Program-made: the position numbers and the translations under genes
Notes under the pieces: model-generated
Databases searched by the model: none
What the model saw: the letters and a program-made list of their open reading frames with translations, nothing else
What the model was told of the DNA's origin: nothing
Shown here: positions 8,435-17,614 of the stretch, piece after piece
How the letters are laid out: each line of letters begins with the position of its first letter
Position numbering within the stretch: position 1 is the stretch's first letter
Source: Candidatus Parcubacteria bacterium
GTDB taxonomy: Bacteria; Patescibacteriota; Patescibacteriia; Patescibacteriales; BM507
Reading direction: 5' to 3'
Assembly (NCBI GenBank): GCA_002869265.1
Contig: PKTH01000030.1
Coordinates: 1 to 51,699 of the forward strand
Length of the DNA: 51,699 nt

Positions 8435-9685
8435 TCAACCTGTCCAATAATACATCATTACAGAAAAATCGATCAAATCAACTTCACCATTTTGGTTCTG
8501 ATCGGCACATTCATTGTCAGTTCCCCAATGATAAAGAAGAATTGAAAAGTCTGTTATATTAACCCTGCCATCGGCATTTAAATCAGCCTCATCACAAACC
8601 GCTGTTCCACCAACTGTTCCCACAAAGAAGCTGATAGACTTCGAAAAGCCACTTTGTAAGTCAGTGTCTTCCGAAGCAATAGTGAACATGGCCTTGGCTG
8701 TATGAAATTCCTCTTCTAGGGGTTCCGTGTTGAAAACAAACTCCCAGGCGCCATCTTCAGTACTTTCAACGCTATTTATAAACTCTTGGGGAGAATTAAT
8801 GTGTACGTTTACTCCTGACTCTGGAATAGTATTACCAAACACCATTATATCATCTCCTCTTTTCACAGTTTTTTTATCTATATCAATGGTCGGTGAAATA
8901 TAAACCCCGCTAATATTTGTGACTGCTCCTGAGGTAACCCTAAAAGTCAGAGAAAGCAAGGTAGATTTTAGGCCAACAGGGTCTTCAGACCAAAAACCAA
9001 ATCCCGAAACGCCCGGAGCAAGCTCGTCAGTTTCAAAATAAAAGTCTGCCAGTGAATCTGTTCGAGCTATACCAATAACTTTACCATCTAGAAGTATGTG
9101 CACATCTGAATTCGGGTATGACTTTCCTCTTACTATCACCTTGGTCTCTCCTGGGGGAACATCTGAGCCTGGATTAAAACCGGTTGCATTGCCAGAATTC
9201 CCTCCAGTCGAACCACCGCCTCCGCCACCACCAAAAATAACGTCCTCACTCTCACAATTATCTAAACTAATACGACAGTCTCCTGTACAACTAAGGGAGC
9301 CTCCCGTAAAACCAAATGTTATGCAGGTGGAAGAGCCAAAATCACTAGCATCGCACTCTTCGGCATCTTCTTTTGTCAAATTTCCGCAAGTATAACAACT
9401 TCCTGTATCATAGTCAGTACAATCAGAGAGACAACCAAGATCTCCTGAGTTGTATCCATAGTCGAGACAAGTTAGTCCATTTAAGTCAGGAGGCATAATT
9501 GGTGGTTCTCCGGGATCACAAACCTCAAGACCCTGAATAAAACCATCACCGCAAACCAAAAGTAGCGTGACAGAAGTAATTAGGCTTTCCTGAGTAGCTG
9601 CACTAACCCTAAACGGGGAAAGAGACAACGAAAAAAGTAGTAAATAAAATATTGTATAGCGAATTTTTTCTTTTATACTTTGCAT
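8435..9685 (-). CDS. Secreted dockerin-domain protein with Cys-rich repeats and Gly linker
   Basis: Two CGDG/CGN..E.CD Cys-rich repeats, poly-Gly, Ig-like domains, C-terminal duplicated Ca-binding loops DLNADGRVNITDFS and DQNQNGEVDLIDFS. Confidence 0.8.
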   Translation of the reverse strand: MQSIKEKIRYTIFYLLLFSLSLSPFRVSAATQESLITSVTLLLVCGDGFIQGLEVCDPGEPPIMPPDLNGLTCLDYGYNSGDLGCLSDCTDYDTGSCYTCGNLTKEDAEECDASDFGSSTCITFGFTGGSLSCTGDCRISLDNCESEDVIFGGGGGGGSTGGNSGNATGFNPGSDVPPGETKVIVRGKSYPNSDVHILLDGKVIGIARTDSLADFYFETDELAPGVSGFGFWSEDPVGLKSTLLSLTFRVTSGAVTNISGVYISPTIDIDKKTVKRGDDIMVFGNTIPESGVNVHINSPQEFINSVESTEDGAWEFVFNTEPLEEEFHTAKAMFTIASEDTDLQSGFSKSISFFVGTVGGTAVCDEADLNADGRVNITDFSILLYHWGTDNECADQNQNGEVDLIDFSVMMYYWTG

Positions 9686-9705
9686 GGGGGAAAATGGATT
9701 TATTT

Positions 9706-10767
9706 TTATTTTTCTCTATCGCTGTCTTGATACTTTGAAGCTTTTCTTGCCATCCATTTCCAAAATCTAACCTTAACATCTGAAAAAGAGGAACCAATGA
9801 GACTAAAAATAAATTTAAATGGGATCAAAATAACTGAAATTGCCCAAAATAGCGCTCGCCAAGATCTAAGTTTGATAAGTACAGCGAGGATTATCAGAAG
9901 AATAAACACGTACAAAGCTAAGAGAAGCCATGGCCAAATTCCAAAGTCGGGAGCTCTGTCTCCAAGCTCTCCCGGATTATATATAGTAAAGGTTCTGTCT
10001 TCTGCACGCAGAATGTCATTGTCTTTATATACTTTAATTTTTGCCCAATACTGCCCTGGCTCAAGATCAATCGGGAAGCTTGCTTCAACATCTCCTGTTG
10101 AAAATGGCGCAATCTTATCAAAGCTTTTATCGTCGACAGAGGCGAGGACGTTCTTTTTGGAAATATCTGTAACTTCTAAATTAACTCTAGTTGGTGCTAT
10201 TTCTGAGTTACCAAGGTTTTCAATTGTCATTACCGCTCTCAACCTATAAAAAAACCATGAGAAAATTTTCATATCCCATGGAAAACTAAGCTTTTCAAAA
10301 TCAACTAAATTGATTTTTTCAATTTTAAAATTAAATACCGTTTGATTGCTAACGGTTAGGTCTATTTCTACCCTTGCACCAAGAGCAATAGCCACTCCGC
10401 TTTGCTGATCTCCCTTTGGGGTGATTTTAATATTTATATTACCCTTATAATTATCTAGCTCAGCGTCCTTGGGGACATCTACCACTACTACCATTGGAAC
10501 CTGTAATTTGCCTTTTGGCAGGTCGAAGTTATTACCTTCTTTAATTGTAATCCAAGAAGAAATTTCAGGGGCGTTTATAACAATCGAGGCCTCTAAGTCC
10601 TCATCCGCAGCAGACCTGAGAAGGGTTATGGTTTGTTCGTAATGAATCCCTGGTGTTAATTTGTCTGATTTAACATAGGGAGGAGAAATTCCAAAGCCTG
10701 CCATCACAGGACTAGCCTGGAAGACGAATGTTGCTAACAAAATAATTGTTAAAACTTTCTTAAACAT
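9706..10767 (-). CDS. DUF916/DUF3324-like (WxL-interacting or pilus-chaperone-like) membrane-anchored protein
   Basis: Signal peptide, GISPP start of domain, SWITI, IENLGNSEIAP motif, PGQYWAKI, C-terminal TM; ATG at 10767. Confidence 0.55.
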   Translation of the reverse strand: MFKKVLTIILLATFVFQASPVMAGFGISPPYVKSDKLTPGIHYEQTITLLRSAADEDLEASIVINAPEISSWITIKEGNNFDLPKGKLQVPMVVVVDVPKDAELDNYKGNINIKITPKGDQQSGVAIALGARVEIDLTVSNQTVFNFKIEKINLVDFEKLSFPWDMKIFSWFFYRLRAVMTIENLGNSEIAPTRVNLEVTDISKKNVLASVDDKSFDKIAPFSTGDVEASFPIDLEPGQYWAKIKVYKDNDILRAEDRTFTIYNPGELGDRAPDFGIWPWLLLALYVFILLIILAVLIKLRSWRALFWAISVILIPFKFIFSLIGSSFSDVKVRFWKWMARKASKYQDSDREK

Positions 10768-10991
10768 CAAATAACAAAAATAACTAAATGTTTTTAGTTT
10801 TTTGTACTTATTTTTTATTAAAATTTTTACTAATAATTAGCATTTTTTTAGGGGTAGACATTTTCTACCCTTACATAAAATATACTATAATTTGAAAAAT
10901 AAATCAACTAAATATTCAACCCCCTCCCCTGGTATAAAAATTATCACAATTTTCTTATTGTTTATTAAAATTTCATTATAATTATTCATAT

Positions 10992-11024
10992 AAAAAAAGA
11001 GACTCCTTAGGAGCCTCTTTTTTT
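10992..11024. terminator. Intrinsic terminator after the 588-aa gene
   Basis: AAAAAAAGAG-ACTCC-tta-GGAGC-CTCTTTTTTT. Confidence 0.8.
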
Positions 11025-11042
11025 ATATGAACTTTTTATATT

Positions 11043-12809
11043 TTACCACTCACCAGCTACATTGTCATCTAAGGCTGCTGAGAAGGTGTTCAATCCGTAA
11101 TAATCACCCGATAAGATAATTGGTACTGCGATTCCCCAGTAAATCTCATCTTCAACATTCGTGACACTTGTTGGTCTTGGAATTACTGTATCTGCTAAAG
11201 TTTGTGAAGAAGAGGCTATGTTTGTACCTCCTCCATATGTAAAGTTTGATAACAAGAATTCCTGATTACTAGCTGGGATATATTCAGGCCCTACTAGCTC
11301 CCTAAGCATGTCGTCACCAATTAAATTAGTATCTAGAGGAGAATTTCCAGCGTTTACTACAGTGGTTGTAGCATTATCTGATCCTGAATCTGTATTGGCT
11401 ATCAATGATCCATAAGCAATTTCTGGTTCAGTTACCTCAATGGCTGAAGAGGTGTTCACATCAACACCTGGGGAAGTAGAAGCATAAGAAGCAGCTTCAT
11501 CGAAAGCCCTAATTGAGGCGAACCAAGCTGTGTCCCAAGCTCCATTAGCATCCGTTCCGTCGCCACTTGTAGGTTTTGCATAAAAAACTAAATCTGTAGT
11601 GCATTGAACAACAACATCAATATCATTACCACCGGTACAGCCTGAAACAGTACAAGAGCCGCTAGCTATCTGATAACAATCATTATCGTCGGCTGAACAA
11701 TCAGCTCCTCCAACTGCATCTTCCCAGAAAATAGTTCCAGTAGCTGAGTCTATATCTCCACAACCATTATTATCTGTTATTGTTGTTGAACTAGCATAAA
11801 CTGTTTTATCAGCTGCGCCTTTTATATTTAGAGTAATAGCGGTTCCATTGTTTAGGAGAACTGAAGAAACCGATGGAGTAGCATTGGCAGCTGTGTAAGT
11901 GCTTGTCTGAGAATTTCCGCTTGCAGCCATATCGTTATCATCCATCACAAAACCATAATATGAAATAGCTGTGTCATCTTGAAGAGGTATTGGACTGGTC
12001 CAAGTACAGCTCACATTTGCAGATGTTGAAGTAGCTGTACAAATCGTAGAATCGGCACACCCAGTAGAGGTGGCCCAAGAATTTGTAGTACAAACATCAA
12101 GGGTTAGAACATCGGCCCCACCGATAACATCTCCATCAGTAACGACTGCCTCTACTGTGAAGTCTTGACCTGGTTCATTTAAATCATCTGTTGTAGAAAT
12201 TGAGGAAAAAGAAGGTGCATGGTTTAGATGAAAGGGGGTTCCAGAGTCACCACTACCACTATTTGAAGTAGCGGCGCAAGCAGCTTCTGTTCCGTGGTTA
12301 TCACAGACATAGGCTACCCAAGCCCTGGTTTCTGGTGCCCAGGCTTGAACTGTATAAGAACAAGAAGCTGGGTTTGAGGCCGTAGTTGCTCCTGAAACAC
12401 AGAATTGAACATTGTCGCAACTTGGAGCGGCTCCTGCCACTCCTGGAGTAGCACCATCAGAATCACAAACTAATAAATAATAATCATTACCCTCAGCATC
12501 GTCTCCAGTCCCTGTAAACGTTAAAGAATCTCCAATATTCGTCGGAGTAGTTGAAGCAGAAGCAGGACTCTCTGCTGGGTTAACTGTGAAATAAGGGGCA
12601 GCATTTCTAACTGTAACTGTAGTGGTTGCTACATCAGTTACTTGAGCCTCAACTTCTGGAAGTTCAACGCTCAAGCCCAGTTTATTGCCTACCTTCTCAA
12701 TACTAATATCAAAATTAAAAACCAAGCCAGAAACAGAAAGGCTTAGCAGACAAAGTATTAAAAAGAATGGCAAAGAATTTTTAAATTTATTCTTGATTAT
12801 TTTAGCCAT
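11043..12809 (-). CDS. Secreted Cys-rich surface protein, free-standing paralog of the C-terminal ~520 aa of the 4677-aa giant; candidate major subunit of module A
   Basis: NAAPYFTVNP..TPTNIGDSLTFT..DAEGNDYYLLVC aligns with NSAPSFTANP..TPTNLGQDVTFT..DAETDDYYLAIC; both end with YWGI.(V/I)P...Y.G.N.FS..LD; own promoter and terminator. Confidence 0.7.
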   Translation of the reverse strand: MAKIIKNKFKNSLPFFLILCLLSLSVSGLVFNFDISIEKVGNKLGLSVELPEVEAQVTDVATTTVTVRNAAPYFTVNPAESPASASTTPTNIGDSLTFTGTGDDAEGNDYYLLVCDSDGATPGVAGAAPSCDNVQFCVSGATTASNPASCSYTVQAWAPETRAWVAYVCDNHGTEAACAATSNSGSGDSGTPFHLNHAPSFSSISTTDDLNEPGQDFTVEAVVTDGDVIGGADVLTLDVCTTNSWATSTGCADSTICTATSTSANVSCTWTSPIPLQDDTAISYYGFVMDDNDMAASGNSQTSTYTAANATPSVSSVLLNNGTAITLNIKGAADKTVYASSTTITDNNGCGDIDSATGTIFWEDAVGGADCSADDNDCYQIASGSCTVSGCTGGNDIDVVVQCTTDLVFYAKPTSGDGTDANGAWDTAWFASIRAFDEAASYASTSPGVDVNTSSAIEVTEPEIAYGSLIANTDSGSDNATTTVVNAGNSPLDTNLIGDDMLRELVGPEYIPASNQEFLLSNFTYGGGTNIASSSQTLADTVIPRPTSVTNVEDEIYWGIAVPIILSGDYYGLNTFSAALDDNVAGEW

Positions 12810-12860
12810 GGGGACTATTTAAATTTTTATATAGTTTTAATTAAAGTTTTATGGAAATAC

Positions 12861-12889
12861 TTATCCACAATACTATCAATATTATAACA
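12861..12889 (-). promoter_or_regulatory. Extended -10 (TGTTATAAT, 12889-12881) with adjacent DnaA box (TTATCCACA, 12861-12869)
   Basis: Exact consensus matches upstream of the 588-aa gene. Confidence 0.55.
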
Positions 12890-12926
12890 TATTATTGCCA
12901 AAATATATATAAAATATTATAGTATT

Positions 12927-13397
12927 TTATTTGCTAATTTTAAAGCTTTTAATTAGTTCTGTAACGGAATCTAGCATTTTGAAATACATATCATTATCAA
13001 AAGAATCATTTTCTCCGTTGCGGAAAACAAATATAATCCCATCACTCTCGCCTATTATTATGTCTTCTGTGTTTTCTTGATATTCTTTCTCGGGGTAAAA
13101 AGATATACTAAAAAGCTCGCTTTCATTTAAAACACCTTCAAAATAATAAAAAGCTACTTTATTACCATTTTCCTTTACGCGATAATTGCCTTCCCAATAA
13201 TCAGGAATTGCTAAACTGGCTTTATGAGGACTACTGAGAAAAAAATTTATTCTAGAATACTTAACTATCTCTACTGCCTGTTCCCTCTCTTCGCTGAGAA
13301 TATTTTCTCCCTCAGGAGTTGAGTCTTTTTTAAAAAAATAAAAGGCAATAAGAACTAAAGAAATTATTATTAAAATTAAAAATGTTTTTTTGTTCAT
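12927..13397 (-). CDS. Small exported or membrane-anchored hypothetical protein
   Basis: N-terminal hydrophobic anchor; starts 3 nt after the ABC permease stop. Confidence 0.7.
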   Translation of the reverse strand: MNKKTFLILIIISLVLIAFYFFKKDSTPEGENILSEEREQAVEIVKYSRINFFLSSPHKASLAIPDYWEGNYRVKENGNKVAFYYFEGVLNESELFSISFYPEKEYQENTEDIIIGESDGIIFVFRNGENDSFDNDMYFKMLDSVTELIKSFKISK

Positions 13398-13400
13398 ACT

Positions 13401-14597
13401 TTAACTATATCTAATAGCGTCTAGGGGGTTTAGACTTGAAGCGCGCTGAGACGGGAAAAGTCCGGTCAAAAAGCCCATCACCGCTGAAAAAGAAGCTATA
13501 AATAATAAAAATGGAATTGGGAATCTAAAAAGAGCAATCGATTCTCCTCCCATTTTGGAGGCAACTGAGTTTAGGAGGAAATTTACTGTCAAACCACCAC
13601 CAACACCAATGGCCATACCAACCACCCCTCCAAGAAAGCCCATGATAACTGACTCTGTTAAAAATAAAGTTTTGATAATTGAGGGTGAACCACCAATGGT
13701 TCTCATGATACCAATCTCCTTGGTTCTTTCGAGTAGGGTAACCGTCATGGTGTTAAACATACCAATCGCTGACACCATAAGAGCGATGCCACCAAAAATA
13801 GCCAAAGTTACTTGGATTCCTTGAAAAATTTTATTTGCCTGGTCAACGGTCTTTGAGAGAGCGGTTACTATAAAACCTTTATCTAGAATCTGGGCTTCAG
13901 CTGCATCTAAAAATTCGTTGCTGGTTATTTTTACTCTAGCTTTATCGTAATAAGGAATAGCAAAATTATCACTAAACTCAGTTAAAGGAATATAGGCAAA
14001 AAGAGATGCTTGGTCATCTATAACCCCAGCGATTGTATATTCTTTTTTTAGAGGGGCCTCAATAACATCTTCGGAATTTAGTTGAGGAATAAAAACCTTA
14101 AAACTCACCTTTTTGCCGAGAGCATCAACTGGTTCCATCTAAAATAGTTTTAACACAGCCGCCGATATTACTATACTATCGTCTTGTCCTTCTGTATATA
14201 ATTCTCCTTCAGCTGCAATAACACCTGCATAATTGAAATATGCTGGGTTTGCCCCCTGTAGCATCACAGAACCTGTCAGATCATCGACCGTTACCAAGGA
14301 GGTAAAACTAGCCATAGGCTCAACTGCCTCAACATTATCAAGATCATAAAATTCTTGAACCATCTCATCATCAATAATAACAACTTTAGATGGTGGTGTT
14401 CCTACATTTAAACTTAAAAGAGCTTCACCGAAAACGATTTTTTCGAGTAAAACGCCCTGTAAACCATATCCAAGACCAACCAAAACAACCACTGCCGCAA
14501 TACCAACGCCAATACCAAGGATTGTCAACCAGGTCCTTGCTGGCCTGGTCTTAAACATCCTAGTCGAAAGCTTTAATGAATCTTGAACTCTAATCAT
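13401..14597 (-). pseudogene. MacB/FtsX-family ABC permease interrupted by one in-frame TAG (14139-14141)
   Basis: N-half (RTWLTILGIGVGIAAVVVL, periplasmic domain) and C-half (IGMFNTMTVTLLERTKEIGIMRTIG..LNPLDAIRY) are in frame: TTT TAG ATG; joined length about 398 aa, typical of the family. Confidence 0.7.
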
Positions 14598-14600
14598 ATA

Positions 14601-15923
14601 TTAATGGGCAGCTTTTGCCTCAATTCCTTGAATAATTATTTTTTCAAAATATTCCGTAACATTTCTAGCCGAAATTTTATTAAATCCAACCCCGCCCTCT
14701 TTCATAGATTTGTTTAATTGATTATAAAACTCTTCTTTTCTGGTGACTCCAGAAATCCTCTCCCTAACCGCTTCTCTCATTAAACGAAGTCTATAGGGAG
14801 TCATCTGTCCCCTAAACTCCTCTAGAACGTATTTAGTTAGCTTATTTACAATACGGTCCTCCTTAGAAAAAAAGACATTGTGTTCGAATCTCCTTCTATA
14901 CCTTCTAACATCTTCTGATTGCGCTAAAATATGATCAACCTTCTCAGCCATTGCTTCAGAAACAGATTCTGTCAAACCAACTCCTCCATCAGAATATTTC
15001 AATGTTAAAAATTCGTAAAATTCTTTTTTGGACATTTTTCTTTCAATCATTCCGGCGACAACTTCTTCTAGCCTTATTATTTTATCAAAACTAATGTCTT
15101 GGGTTAAATAATTAACAATACTTTTCACTTTTAACTCAATCGGATTTGAGTAAGGATAAATTTTTGATAACTGGTCAAGCTCTGTAACCATTGTTTTTTG
15201 CTTGTCGATTTTAGCAATTTGTTTTTTATCTGGATTGGGGACTATTCTCTTGAGTTTGCCATCACCCATATAAAAAACCCTATGAGCATACATCAATTGA
15301 GCGGCGTTATGAGTAATCAGAATAATTGTAGTTTTCTCTGTCTCATTAATCTCGGCTAAAAGCTCCATAACTTGCTTTGTAGAAACCGAATCAAGATTTC
15401 CGGTTGGTTCATCGGCTAATAAAATTTTAGGGTTATTAACCATTGCTCTAGCAACCGAAACTCTTTGAATCTGTCCACCAGACAAATCTGTTGGAAATTT
15501 TTCACCTTGCGCTCCAAGTCCTACTCTTTCTAATAGTTGTTGAGCTTTCTTTCTTCTCTTTTTTTCGTTATAGCCCAAAAAAGTGAGAGGCAAAGCAACA
15601 TTTTCTATAACAGAAACAGAATTAATTAAGAAAAAAGCCTGATAAATAATACCAATAGTTTTTGTCTGGAAATGAACCATCTGCTCGGCGGTATAAGAAT
15701 ATGGATTTTCACCCAAAACATAAAGTTCGCCCGCTGATGGTTCCAGAATTCCTAAAATAGAATAAAAAATTGTTGACTTCCCACAACCAGAAGGGCCGAA
15801 AAATGAAATAACCTCTCCGGGATATATTTCAGAAGTTACTCCTCTAGTTGCTTTGTATTCATTTTCCTTTCCAAGGTTATAAGTAATTTCTAGGTTTTTT
15901 GTTTTGATAATAGGTTGTGGCAT
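14601..15923 (-). CDS. ABC transporter ATP-binding protein (LolD/MacB family) with long C-terminal extension
   Basis: Walker A GPSGCGKS, LSGGQ signature, ILLADEPTGNLDS, ITH; about 200 extra C-terminal residues. Confidence 0.9.
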   Translation of the reverse strand: MPQPIIKTKNLEITYNLGKENEYKATRGVTSEIYPGEVISFFGPSGCGKSTIFYSILGILEPSAGELYVLGENPYSYTAEQMVHFQTKTIGIIYQAFFLINSVSVIENVALPLTFLGYNEKKRRKKAQQLLERVGLGAQGEKFPTDLSGGQIQRVSVARAMVNNPKILLADEPTGNLDSVSTKQVMELLAEINETEKTTIILITHNAAQLMYAHRVFYMGDGKLKRIVPNPDKKQIAKIDKQKTMVTELDQLSKIYPYSNPIELKVKSIVNYLTQDISFDKIIRLEEVVAGMIERKMSKKEFYEFLTLKYSDGGVGLTESVSEAMAEKVDHILAQSEDVRRYRRRFEHNVFFSKEDRIVNKLTKYVLEEFRGQMTPYRLRLMREAVRERISGVTRKEEFYNQLNKSMKEGGVGFNKISARNVTEYFEKIIIQGIEAKAAH

Positions 15924-15926
15924 TTG

Positions 15927-17570
15927 CTACATTTTTATATTTTTAATCCAACCGAAGGTACCTTCAAAGTTCTTGAGTATTATATCAATAATACTTTCTT
16001 CTTGGGACGGGGTAAGCATAGTAAAGTCCTGAGATCTAGCTTGGTTTAGGGCATCATCACGGCAAACAATCCAGAATTTATAAACATTTGCTGGTAAAAA
16101 GTTGGTAACGACTTGGACATGATCAGTAACTGGGTCTTCCTCTTCTGGTAAAACCTCTGCTCCGTCCAATGGTATGATCCCTCTATGATAATTTAGTTGA
16201 CACTTTGCTAGCTCGTCGGTTTCGTAACTAATAATAGTTTGAACTTTATTATCTGCTCCTGGATAAAGGGTTGATTCTGTATTTACTTTCAATATAGTTG
16301 GTGGGTCCTCATCTCTGGTAGTAATGAATGTAAGAGGTTCACTAACTGCTTTTTCATTTTGCTCATTCTCAACAGTAACAATTGCTGAATAGTAAGTATC
16401 AAAAATAAGATTGTTAAGTCTAATGGTGTGATTTGTAATATAAGCCGATTGTCCCTCAAGTTTTGACTCTCCATTGTTTAAATTTGTATATTCAATAATA
16501 GCGGTTGTAGGAATATTGGTTGTAAAAGCGATAGTGGCTGAAGTCTCCTCTACTTTAGATAAACTAAGATTTTGAATTACGGGTAATACTGATTTGGTAG
16601 TAAAGGTCTTGTCTTCACTTTTTGCTTCCTGTTCCAAAATAGTTTTTGAAGAAACCTGGAAATGATAGGTTGTGGCCGGTTCCAAACCAGTTATCTCTAT
16701 TCTATGATCTGTTACTTCATCATCTGGTTCTCCTTCGTTCCAGGTGTAAGGATCTTCGGAGTCGTAATCAAAAGACTCGTCTAGCGCCAGAGAAACAATA
16801 GAATTTGCTTCTTTATTTGTTTGCCAATATATAATTACATAGTCCGTACCAACTTCAATATCTGCATTACTTAAAATAATAGAAAGTTCAGAAACAATAT
16901 CTTCGGCTACCGCCTGAATGTGCTCCTCAATAATCTCTAGAGTCTTTTCCTCTTGAACTTGATCAATTCTTTCAAGTATTTCTAATAAAAGCTCTTTTTC
17001 CTCAACTTCTTCTATCTCTTCCAGCTGTTCAATGTCAACATCTATGTCCACCTTCCCCTCTTGGTCAACTCCAGACTGACCATCACCAAACATCTCAGCG
17101 CAGACTGCTCCGAGGTCTTCGTCTAGATTGCCGTAGCTATAATCTCTGTCCGCTTCAGTGGTAAAAGTAAAGTCGTTAGAAATTTTCTGGTTCCCGGATG
17201 CATCCGTTGAGGTTATACGGAAAAAATACTGTGAATTTGGTAATAAATCATCTAAAAATATTGTGTGTTCTGTTTTGTCAAAATGAGGATCACGTGAAAC
17301 ACCGTAGTTTCTATTCAGACTGTAATTAATTAAAGAGTCTGATTCTTCACTAGTTTTCCATTGAATCATTGTAGAGGTAGAGGTAGTATCTGAAACTACT
17401 ATATTGGAAATATCAGGTGGGGTTTCGTCCCCCGCCGCTATGGCTCTGTCTACTTTTTGGTTTTGCATGAACACAAAAAAACCCAAGCCTAAAACCACTA
17501 GGCTCGCCACAATAAACATTATAAAATTTACTATGAAAAATTTCTTTGCTTTCATTCCTCCTTCATACAT
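15927..17570 (-). CDS. N-terminally anchored protein with four FN3-like domains
   Basis: N-terminal TM; repeats of W.T.E.(S/A).S...Y....H.(I/V).(L/I)..L.P.T.Y.F; acidic central region. Confidence 0.7.
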   Translation of the reverse strand: MYEGGMKAKKFFIVNFIMFIVASLVVLGLGFFVFMQNQKVDRAIAAGDETPPDISNIVVSDTTSTSTMIQWKTSEESDSLINYSLNRNYGVSRDPHFDKTEHTIFLDDLLPNSQYFFRITSTDASGNQKISNDFTFTTEADRDYSYGNLDEDLGAVCAEMFGDGQSGVDQEGKVDIDVDIEQLEEIEEVEEKELLLEILERIDQVQEEKTLEIIEEHIQAVAEDIVSELSIILSNADIEVGTDYVIIYWQTNKEANSIVSLALDESFDYDSEDPYTWNEGEPDDEVTDHRIEITGLEPATTYHFQVSSKTILEQEAKSEDKTFTTKSVLPVIQNLSLSKVEETSATIAFTTNIPTTAIIEYTNLNNGESKLEGQSAYITNHTIRLNNLIFDTYYSAIVTVENEQNEKAVSEPLTFITTRDEDPPTILKVNTESTLYPGADNKVQTIISYETDELAKCQLNYHRGIIPLDGAEVLPEEEDPVTDHVQVVTNFLPANVYKFWIVCRDDALNQARSQDFTMLTPSQEESIIDIILKNFEGTFGWIKNIKM

Positions 17571-17576
17571 TTGTTT

Positions 17577-17585
17577 ATTATAACA
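17577..17585 (-). promoter_or_regulatory. Extended -10 promoter (TGTTATAAT), likely near-leaderless transcript
   Basis: 6 nt upstream of the ATG at 17570. Confidence 0.5.
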
Positions 17586-17614
17586 GATTTTATCTATTTT
17601 TTAAAAATATTTAT

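Noticed and set aside
10849..10872. Inverted repeat TAGGGGTAGA..TCTACCCTT upstream of the 9706-10767 gene
   Set aside because: Single occurrence with no supporting context; operator or hairpin role cannot be supported.
13401..14597. Genome-wide TAG or TGA recoding
   Set aside because: Paralogs 42270-43310 and 43676-44782 end at the same aligned residue with TAG and TAA; leuA ends in TGA right before its terminator; a 14-kb ORF has no in-frame TAG or TGA. Code 11 fits.
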